Source of the DNA: Gammaproteobacteria bacterium | GTDB lineage: Bacteria > Pseudomonadota > Gammaproteobacteria > JAJFKG01 | Direction: 5' to 3' | NCBI GenBank assembly: GCA_965116795.1 | Contig: OZ220716.1 | Coordinates: 1,674,503-1,738,502 of the forward strand | Length of the DNA: 64,000 nucleotides | Shown: positions 10,891 to 18,428 of the stretch, one piece after another | Layout of the letters: every line of letters begins with the position of its first letter | Numbering within the stretch: position 1 is the stretch's first letter | The notes under the pieces: model-generated | The model's input: only the letters and a program-made list of their open reading frames with translations | Database searches by the model: none | What the model was told of the DNA's origin: nothing | Program-made: the position numbers and the translations under genes

Positions 10891-12246
10891 TGTGTTCATG
10901 ATTGCAGCGATCTTATCTAAGCATTCAGTGTATTCTTGATCAACTGTTGAATCAGCAACAATAGCACCACCGGCTGGGCAATATGCACGATTATTGGTGC
11001 AGGTTATTGTGCGGATAGCAATGTTACTATCCATGCGTTGTTGATGTGATATATAGGCAATACTACCGCAATAGACACCACGACAATGTGGCTCACATTC
11101 ATCAATGATTTGCATAGCGCGTATTTTAGGTGCACCGGTAATCGAGCCACCGGGAAAACAACTGGCGAGCAAATCACAGGCATGTTTATTTTCAGATAAT
11201 GTTGCTTGGATAGTACTCACCAAGTGATGCACGCTTTTGTAAGATTCTAATTGACATAATTGAGTCACGTTTACCGAATCCATTTGGCAATGCTTGCTTA
11301 AATCATTACGCAGCAAATCAACTATCATAATATTCTCAGCGCGATCTTTTTCACTATTTAGCAATGCTGTCGCCTGTTTGCGATCAATTTGTGGATCAGA
11401 ACCACGTGGTTTAGTGCCTTTAATCGGTTTTGTTTCAACGTGGTTATCATGTAGCGATAGAAATCGCTCTGGTGAACAGCTAAGAATATCTAAATCTGGA
11501 TAATGTAGGAAAGCACTAAAAGGACTTGGGTTGTGTTGACGTAATCGTTGATATGCATCCCATGGACTACCACGAAAGTCAGCTTGAAAACATTGACTCA
11601 AATTGACTTGGTAACAATCGCCTGCATGGATATAATTCTGTATCTGAGCAAACATTGCATCGTATTGAGTACGGTTGATAGCTGATTGCCAAGGTGTGAT
11701 GAGTGTAAACGGTGTCTGTGTATCTGAAGAACTTGTATTAATCTGATGAAGGACTTGCTTGATCTTTATCGCTATATTGGGATCATGCTGTCCAAACACA
11801 CACTGTGTTAGTTGCTGTTGATGATCAGTCACAATTGCCCAATCGTATAATCCAATCGCCATATCAGGTTGTTTTGGATCACGCTTAATCGATAATGATT
11901 CTAATCTATTTGCCAGGGAATAACCAAAAAAACCAATAGCGCCGCCAGTAAAGGGTAGTTCAGTCTGATGATTATTATTTGCAACTGGCAAATGTTGTTT
12001 AACTAAGTCAAATGGATTTGCTGTTGATTGTATTGTCGATTGATTATCTTGCTCGGTAATCTGAGTGCAGTCAGCATAGGTTGTTAACGTCTTATAAGGC
12101 AGTGCACTGATGATGTCATAACGTCCGTCTTGAATATGGGGGTGGCAGCTATCTAATAAAACAAACCATGACAGGTTACACAATCGTGCTGCTAATTGGG
12201 TACTGTCTGGTTGATAGGGTAATGCAATGGTGTTGTGAATGCTCAT
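10882..12246 (-). CDS. pabB: aminodeoxychorismate synthase component I
   Basis: PFTGGAIG, GDCYQVN, SPERF, PIKGT, EKDRAENIMIVDLLRND, PGGSITGAPK. Confidence 0.95.
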   Translation of the reverse strand: MSIHNTIALPYQPDSTQLAARLCNLSWFVLLDSCHPHIQDGRYDIISALPYKTLTTYADCTQITEQDNQSTIQSTANPFDLVKQHLPVANNNHQTELPFTGGAIGFFGYSLANRLESLSIKRDPKQPDMAIGLYDWAIVTDHQQQLTQCVFGQHDPNIAIKIKQVLHQINTSSSDTQTPFTLITPWQSAINRTQYDAMFAQIQNYIHAGDCYQVNLSQCFQADFRGSPWDAYQRLRQHNPSPFSAFLHYPDLDILSCSPERFLSLHDNHVETKPIKGTKPRGSDPQIDRKQATALLNSEKDRAENIMIVDLLRNDLSKHCQMDSVNVTQLCQLESYKSVHHLVSTIQATLSENKHACDLLASCFPGGSITGAPKIRAMQIIDECEPHCRGVYCGSIAYISHQQRMDSNIAIRTITCTNNRAYCPAGGAIVADSTVDQEYTECLDKIAAIMNTLR

Positions 12247-12259
12247 GGTTGTCGATTGC

Positions 12260-12371
12260 TATACTCTTCGCGTTTTAAATTTATACTTTGTTGGCTGCCC
12301 GATTTTACCACAGTCATGGCTGCACTATACACTCTCGTGACAAAATCGTTTGCTGCTTTGCTTTGAGTATA
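12260..12371 (+). repeat. MITE-like repeat family B, degenerate copy with internal deletion
   Basis: Starts TATACTCTTCGCGTTTTAAATTTA, ends GCTTTGAGTATA; homologous to 21028, 47925 and 50808. Confidence 0.88.
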
Positions 12372-12467
12372 TTAATACATACTGTGCGTATTTGCCTGAT
12401 TGTGAACAGGGTATAATTTGCATATGATCAATATCACAGGTTTATCTACTAGATAATTGATACATTC

Positions 12468-13742
12468 ATGTCCCCTGATCATGATCAAAAAATAACAGTG
12501 ACATCATGGCACGCTGTCCAGCAGCATGTTTATTCTATTGCACCCACATTAGCAGCGTGTATTGATACTGTTGCAAACATAGAAAAATGGCAATTTATTA
12601 AGGTGCGTTACGCTTATGGAGACACTATTATTCGCGATGGCATGGCATCGTTGCCCGATCCCATGCTTGCATCACCATTGCTTGATGATGTTAACCGTAT
12701 ATTAGGTCATCATAATACGATGCCGGTTGGGATAATATTAACCAAATCAGCTGAAATATTTTTTGAGACAGCGAGTCGTATCATTCCAATTAGTGTTCTC
12801 AAAGCAGGTGAACTATTTGGTGCAGGTGATTTCTTTGAGTCTGCTACCAATAAGATTGCCAGATCGATTTGGAATATGACAGCTGGTGCAAGAACAGTCT
12901 TTTCATTAGCAAAAATATCGAACAGTATCAATCATGCACGACTGAAAAATAAGTTTACTATTACAGCAGATGTCCCACAGTCACTGTTTGATCATTACTA
13001 TGTATTTAAAGACATTGCAAAACAGGTTGGTCAATGCACTTGGTATTGTGATATATTATTTTTTCCTCATTCGTGGTTAGTCGAAACCAATAGTATTTAC
13101 CAACTGACTGCCTATTATCGTAATTGTCAGCCACAATCCTGTTTATCCCAGTATCATTTCCAGATGGACTTGTGTTGGGAGAGATTTACTAGGGCCGTCA
13201 CTGAACGCAATTGGATGCCAAAGCCAATTGTCACCAATACATTAAAACATTTGTTGGCAATTAGTCAGGGTATTTATCCAGGTTTTACACTATCCGATAG
13301 TGATGATTATCTGCCATTGTCATTATTGCAGACCGTATATCGCGATATTTATAAATTGAACGATTATCCATTGATTATCATGCAGCCACAGCAGATTAAT
13401 CAGGTTAATCAACCACTGTATTACTCACTGTCATTACCAACATTGTTAGATTATCCCATTATCTCGAAAAATAAAACACGTATGGTTAATAATCTGATTG
13501 AATTGCATCGATTAATTAACGTGCTACAACAAACAGTAATCGGTATTAATTGTCAATATTATCTTTTCCATTGCACTATAGATATATCAAACAGTATTAA
13601 ACCAGCAGAGATGCTAACTGAGTTAGATCGACATTTTATGTTATCTCATGCAAATCTTGACTTGCGGTTTCCAAGCAATAGTCCTTTTTTTAAAGGATGT
13701 ATTCAAATCATAAAGTCGAGTATTGCTGATGCTCATCTCTGA
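12468..13742 (+). CDS. hypothetical protein (424 aa)
   Basis: Long ORF with ATG start and upstream TATAAT; no confidently recognised family. Confidence 0.7.
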   Translation: MSPDHDQKITVTSWHAVQQHVYSIAPTLAACIDTVANIEKWQFIKVRYAYGDTIIRDGMASLPDPMLASPLLDDVNRILGHHNTMPVGIILTKSAEIFFETASRIIPISVLKAGELFGAGDFFESATNKIARSIWNMTAGARTVFSLAKISNSINHARLKNKFTITADVPQSLFDHYYVFKDIAKQVGQCTWYCDILFFPHSWLVETNSIYQLTAYYRNCQPQSCLSQYHFQMDLCWERFTRAVTERNWMPKPIVTNTLKHLLAISQGIYPGFTLSDSDDYLPLSLLQTVYRDIYKLNDYPLIIMQPQQINQVNQPLYYSLSLPTLLDYPIISKNKTRMVNNLIELHRLINVLQQTVIGINCQYYLFHCTIDISNSIKPAEMLTELDRHFMLSHANLDLRFPSNSPFFKGCIQIIKSSIADAHL

Positions 13743-13757
13743 TTTCTCCCCGCAGCC

Positions 13758-13990
13758 ATCATCCCATGGTTTGCCCAAAAGGTCTCTACACAAGTAACGC
13801 AACTACCTCCTTTCCACGGCCGTCATCCCGCGGCTTGACCGCGGGATCCAGAGAGTCGTGTATATTATTCTAATATTCCCCGTCGTTTTATCTCTGAGCG
13901 TTGTTCCCTGGATCCCGCGGTCAAGCCGCGGGATGACGGCCGTGTGGGAAAATTTTTTGTATAAGTTTATCCACTCAGATCTTCATAGAA
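13758..13990. repeat. repeat family D: inverted pair of GTCATCCCGCGGCTTGACCGCGGGATCCA palindromes with conserved flanks
   Basis: 37-bp perfect inverted arms 13815-13851 and 13908-13944; left flank matches 59185-59247; right flank matches 21780-21816. Confidence 0.92.
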
Positions 13991-14036
13991 CTGTGTTTTC
14001 TGGCAAGATCCGCCAACGATGACATTTTTCTTTAGG
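13990..14036 (-). repeat. repeat family C, partial copy
   Basis: TTTTCTGGCAAGATCCGCCAACGATGACATTTTTCTTTA is the reverse of the family C end. Confidence 0.7.
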
Positions 14037-14037
14037 A

Positions 14038-14856
14038 TTAATCGATAAACTGTGCAACCAACTCTTTGGCAGGTTTTCTTTGTCGACTATTGCAACTAAT
14101 GTGACGTTGTTGCTGGAAACTGTGAATCGTAGCACCACGGTACAGTTTGCGAGTAGCGCGGGTATCGTGATTAGAAATGACGGTAGTAATGCCACGCTTG
14201 ATTAATGCATTAGCTAAGTCTGCCAATGTTTGTTGCTGTGCTTCATTGAAAGGTGATTGGTGATATTGAGTGAAATAAGCTGTATTGCTCAATGGAACGT
14301 AAGGCGGATCGCAATAAATCACATTGCCCGGTTTAGCTGATTGCATGACGTGACAAAAATCGCGACAAATAAAACGTGCTTTTTTGGCTTTTTTAGCAAA
14401 TGCATACATTTCTTTTTCGGGAAAATACGGTTTATCATGACGCCCAAATGGAACGTTAAAAATCCCTTGTTGATTGTAACGACACAAACCGTTATACCCA
14501 TGGCGATTTAAGTACAAAAACAAAATGGCACGTTCAATTTGATCTTGGCTACGATTAAACTGTTCACGTAATCGGTAATACTGGGTGTCACAATTGTATT
14601 TAGGGGTAAACAATTTACGCGTAGCTTGAACAATATCATCTGGTTTTTGTTTTACTAATTTATATAAGTTGATCAAGTCTGCATTAGTATCACTGAGAAT
14701 ATAGCGTTGGTAATCACTATTTAAAAAAACAGCCCCTGAACCAACGTAGGGTTCAATTAAGCAATTACCCGTTGGCAATAACGGCAAAATACGATCGAGT
14801 AAGCGAAATTTTCCACCTGCCCACTTCAAAAAAGGTCTGATTTTGATTTGTTTCAT
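14038..14856 (-). CDS. dam: DNA adenine methylase Dam
   Basis: FLKWAGGK, IEPYVGSGAV, YNGLCRYN...FNVPFG, YCDPPY. Confidence 0.95.
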   Translation of the reverse strand: MKQIKIRPFLKWAGGKFRLLDRILPLLPTGNCLIEPYVGSGAVFLNSDYQRYILSDTNADLINLYKLVKQKPDDIVQATRKLFTPKYNCDTQYYRLREQFNRSQDQIERAILFLYLNRHGYNGLCRYNQQGIFNVPFGRHDKPYFPEKEMYAFAKKAKKARFICRDFCHVMQSAKPGNVIYCDPPYVPLSNTAYFTQYHQSPFNEAQQQTLADLANALIKRGITTVISNHDTRATRKLYRGATIHSFQQQRHISCNSRQRKPAKELVAQFID

Positions 14857-14993
14857 CCGCGTTTGTTACTGTTTGCCAATATTGCCCAAAAGGTCAGTAT
14901 AACAGTTCATTGTTGCCAAACAAACATCGTATATACTTATATATCAATCCTCGTTACAATCTACACCCTGATCGTTTTTAGGGAAAAAACAAA

Positions 14994-16079
14994 ATGCAAC
15001 GAGTTTATAACTTTTCAGCAGGCCCAGCGATGTTGCCGGATGTGGTGATGCAACAAGCTCAGCAGTCATTGTTGGATTTTGATAATACCGGTATGTCGGT
15101 GATGGAGATCAGTCATCGTAGTGATCAATTTCTTGAAATTGCTAAACGCAGCGATGCAACCTTACGTACGTTACTGTCTATTCCAGATCATTACCAAATT
15201 CTGTTTGTACCCGGTGGTGCGACCAGTCAATTTGCGATGGTACCAATGAATCTATTAGGCAAAAACTCAAGTGCTGATTATATAGAAACAGGGACATGGT
15301 CAGCAAAAGCAATTGCTGAAGCCAGTCATTATTGTCAAGTGAATGTTGCTGCCAGTGGCAAAGACAGTGGTTATACCACTGTACCACCAAGAGAGACTTG
15401 GCAATTAAACCCACAAGCAGCGTATGTGCACTATACGCCGAATGAAACGATTCATGGCGTTGAATTTTTACAGATGCCAGATTTTGGTGATGTGCCGGTG
15501 GTAGCAGACATGTCATCAACATTGTTATCGCGTCCAATTGACATTAACCGTTTTAGTGTCATTTATGCAGGTGCGCAAAAAAACTTAGGGCCTTCTGGGA
15601 TCACGATTGTTATTATTCGTGATGATGTCATACAAACACCGTTGACTAATACGCCTGGGATGTTTAATTACCAGAATCATATCAAACACGGATCGATGTA
15701 TAATACGCCGCCAACCTTTGCCTGGTATATGGTTGGTTTGGTTTTGGAGTGGGTATTAGCTCAAGGCGGTGTACAAGTGATGGCACAACGCAATCAAACA
15801 AAGGCAGCCAAACTATATCAAGCTATCGATAGTAGTGAGTTTTATCACAATGCAGTTGATCCGACTTATCGTTCTTGGATGAATGTGCCGTTTACCTTGG
15901 CTGATCCAACCTTAGATGCTGAATTTATCAAACAAGCAACTGCAGCTGGATTAACCAATCTAAAAGGACACCGTGTATTAGGCGGAATGCGTGCTAGCAT
16001 TTATAATGCAATGCCAGAAGCGGGTATCGATGCATTAATTGAATTCATGCAAGCGTTTGCTGCAAAGCATGCTTGTTAA
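14994..16079 (+). CDS. serC: phosphoserine aminotransferase
   Basis: YNFSAGPA, MEISHRS, NETIHG, ADMSS, GAQKNLG, NTPP, LKGHR..GGMRAS. Confidence 0.97.
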   Translation: MQRVYNFSAGPAMLPDVVMQQAQQSLLDFDNTGMSVMEISHRSDQFLEIAKRSDATLRTLLSIPDHYQILFVPGGATSQFAMVPMNLLGKNSSADYIETGTWSAKAIAEASHYCQVNVAASGKDSGYTTVPPRETWQLNPQAAYVHYTPNETIHGVEFLQMPDFGDVPVVADMSSTLLSRPIDINRFSVIYAGAQKNLGPSGITIVIIRDDVIQTPLTNTPGMFNYQNHIKHGSMYNTPPTFAWYMVGLVLEWVLAQGGVQVMAQRNQTKAAKLYQAIDSSEFYHNAVDPTYRSWMNVPFTLADPTLDAEFIKQATAAGLTNLKGHRVLGGMRASIYNAMPEAGIDALIEFMQAFAAKHAC

Positions 16080-16134
16080 TAGTGATTGTTGCGATAACTT
16101 AATGATATCCTGGTCGCATTTAGCAATGTGACAA

Positions 16135-16168
16135 ATAGATTCCCTCGCGCATGCGCGAGGGAATCTAT
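16135..16168. repeat. 34-bp perfect palindrome downstream of serC
   Basis: ATAGATTCCCTCGCGCATGCGCGAGGGAATCTAT is self-complementary. Confidence 0.9.
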
Positions 16169-16531
16169 ACGATCTTTACCATGAAGCCTACACCAGCACA
16201 CAGTCATCCTCAGCCTTCTGGTTAATACGTGCAATGTCGAATCGCCGATTATTGGATTCCGAGAATAACCCAAGAACTGAGAAACTTATTGAACCTAAAA
16301 TCTGCAGTTGAACTGACGACGAGCAGGGCTAGTGCGTTGTAAGATTAGGTTTATTTTTAGGATTTTTGGCGCAATCGTACTTCCCCGTACGGTGAGTACA
16401 AAAATCCTAAAAATAAAATTAAGATCCAATGCAATAGACCTTCGCAGTCCAGTTTGGTAACCCTCCCATAAAATAGACCTGTTTATAAGTAGAATATTCT
16501 GATAATTTATTACTCATCAGGAGATTTTGCG

Positions 16532-16819
16532 ATGAAGAAAAGTAAATTGAGCACGACCCAAATAGTAACGATGTTGTCGGAAGGAGAAGCGGGATTATCG
16601 GCAGGGGATTTATGCCGCAAATATCAGATTTCGTCTGCGACCTATTATAAGTTAAGAAGTCAATATGCGGGTATGAGTGTGTCTGAGCTAAAACGCTTAA
16701 AGGAACTAGAGGCAGAGAATCAGCGATTAAAAGCGATGTATGCTGATATTAGCTTGGAACATAAGATATTAAAAGAGGTACTTGAAAAAAAGTATCCAGA
16801 GCTGCTAGACGAGAATTAG
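16532..16819 (+). CDS. IS3 transposase OrfA
   Basis: HTH (DLCRKYQISSATYYK) plus leucine zipper ELKRLKELEAENQRLK. Confidence 0.93.
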   Translation: MKKSKLSTTQIVTMLSEGEAGLSAGDLCRKYQISSATYYKLRSQYAGMSVSELKRLKELEAENQRLKAMYADISLEHKILKEVLEKKYPELLDEN

Positions 16820-16845
16820 TCAGTGCAATTTGCCAGAGATATTCA

Positions 16846-17649
16846 TTGAGTATTAATCGCAGTTGCCAACTGATGTCTATCAGCAAGACAGGGTATTACT
16901 ACAAGAGCAAGAAGCATACATCAGATGGAGAAATATTATCTTATTTGCTTAATTTAACAGACAAGTATACACGTTGGGGATTTGACAAGATGATGTTGAA
17001 AGTTAAACAAGAGCAAAGAGGTTGGAACCATAAACGTGTTTATCGAGTTTACCGTGAACATGGGTTAAATATTAGGATAAAGCCTCGTAAACGATTAGCC
17101 AAAGGAGAAGCAAAGATGTTGTTGCAACCTATTGCCAGGAATATCTGTTGGTCGATTGATTTTATGTCAGATGCATTAGCATGTGGCACTAAGTTTAGAA
17201 CGTTTAATGTTATTGATGATTATAACCGTGAATGTTTGCTGATTGAGGCAAGTTATTCTTTTCCAGCCAAGCGAGTAACGCAATTGCTTGACCAAGTTGC
17301 CATAACCCAAGGTTATCCAACAATGATACGTGTTGACCACGGGCCAGAATTTGAGTCTTATCATTTCAAGGAGTGGGCTAAGCAACATCACATATTGCTT
17401 CACTTCATTCAGCCTGGCAAGCCAGCACAAAATGGATTTATTGAGCGTTTTAACCGTACGTATCGTGAAGATGTATTGGACATGAACTTGTTTAGAAATT
17501 TTAATGAAGTCAGAAAAATTACTCAGCAGTGGATCAACTGCTACAACCAAGATAGGCCACATGAATCGTTGGCTGGACTGTCTCCTGTGCAGTTCAGACA
17601 ATACCGGAAACAAATCACAGGCAATGAGAAATTTTCTACTGTAGACTAG
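16846..17649 (+). CDS. IS3 transposase OrfB (DDE core; probably made as a -1 frameshift OrfAB fusion)
   Basis: WSIDF, VIDDYNRE, VDHGPEF, PGKPAQNGFIERFN, YN..RPH. Confidence 0.95.
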   Translation: MSINRSCQLMSISKTGYYYKSKKHTSDGEILSYLLNLTDKYTRWGFDKMMLKVKQEQRGWNHKRVYRVYREHGLNIRIKPRKRLAKGEAKMLLQPIARNICWSIDFMSDALACGTKFRTFNVIDDYNRECLLIEASYSFPAKRVTQLLDQVAITQGYPTMIRVDHGPEFESYHFKEWAKQHHILLHFIQPGKPAQNGFIERFNRTYREDVLDMNLFRNFNEVRKITQQWINCYNQDRPHESLAGLSPVQFRQYRKQITGNEKFSTVD

Positions 17650-17823
17650 TTTTATAAATGGGGGGTTTACAGTTTAACTGCGGATTTTAGGTTAAAGCAA
17701 AAAATGTTTTTGATAGTATTGGAAGATAAAACTTATAGGTAACGATGTGGAAAAGTGTTGACAGACCAAATCACTATTCGGGCAAAACCGGAATTACCGT
17801 TCGAATCAGGGTGAAATACACAG

Positions 17824-17852
17824 TTGACAGTTTTTTGGTCAATCAGTATAAT
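17824..17852 (+). promoter_or_regulatory. perfect-consensus sigma70 promoter for the ankyrin gene
   Basis: TTGACA-17 bp-TATAAT, 38 bp upstream of ATG 17891, which has a G-rich RBS. Confidence 0.85.
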
Positions 17853-18428
17853 CAGGAAATTTTTATTATTCATACAAATAAGGGGGGGTTATGCTTGGTG
17901 TTACTGAGAAGCGTATGTTTACGGCTGTACAGAGTGGCGAAAAAGGGGTAGTTAAGTTTTTGCTACAGCGTGGTGCCAGCATTGAGGCAAGAAGTGAAGA
18001 CGGCTTTGCCCCTTTATATGTGGCTGCAGAGTATGGCCAAAAAGAGGTAGTTGAGTTACTGCTACAGCATGGTGCCAGCATTGAGGCAAGAAGTGAAGCA
18101 AGAAAAAGCGGCGGTACCTCTTTACATATAGCTGTATGGAATGGCCGAAAAGAGGTAGTTGAGTTACTACTAAAGCATGGTGCCAACATTGAGGCAAGAA
18201 CTAAATACGGCGGTACCCCTTTATGTATAGCTGCAAGGAATGGCTACAAAGAGGTAGTTAAGTTACTACTACAGCCATGGTGCCAGCATTGAGACAAACG
18301 AGGAAGACGGCTATCCTATCCCTTTACATATAGCTGTATGGAATGGCCGAAAAGAGGTAGTTGAGTTACTGCTACAGCATGGTACCAGCATTGAGGCAAG
18401 AACTAAATGCGGCTTTACCCCTTTATAT

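Larger units (their letters stand above)
16455..17671 (+). mobile_element. IS3-family insertion sequence (IS407-group-like), 1217 bp
   Basis: TG...CA ends with imperfect IRs (TGGTAACCCTCCCAT / ATGGGGGGTTTACA), 3-bp GTT target duplication, orfA/orfB with A7G slippery site at ~16785-16792. Confidence 0.95.
16290..17695. repeat. MITE-like repeat family E (~186 bp: 16290-16454 plus 17675-17695), interrupted by IS3
   Basis: Termini AACCTAAAATCTGCAGTTGAACTG / CAGTTTAACTGCGGATTTTAGGTT; internal 19-bp perfect IR TTTATTTTTAGGATTTTTG; uninterrupted end seen at 39368-39402. Confidence 0.85.

Noticed and set aside
13966-13976. TTATCCACT plus GATC as an oriC DnaA box
   Set aside because: Single imperfect box inside a dispersed repeat; no box cluster and no dnaA/gidA context.
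14038-14856. dam as part of a restriction-modification or defence system
   Set aside because: No adjacent endonuclease; it looks like the orphan housekeeping Dam of gammaproteobacteria.
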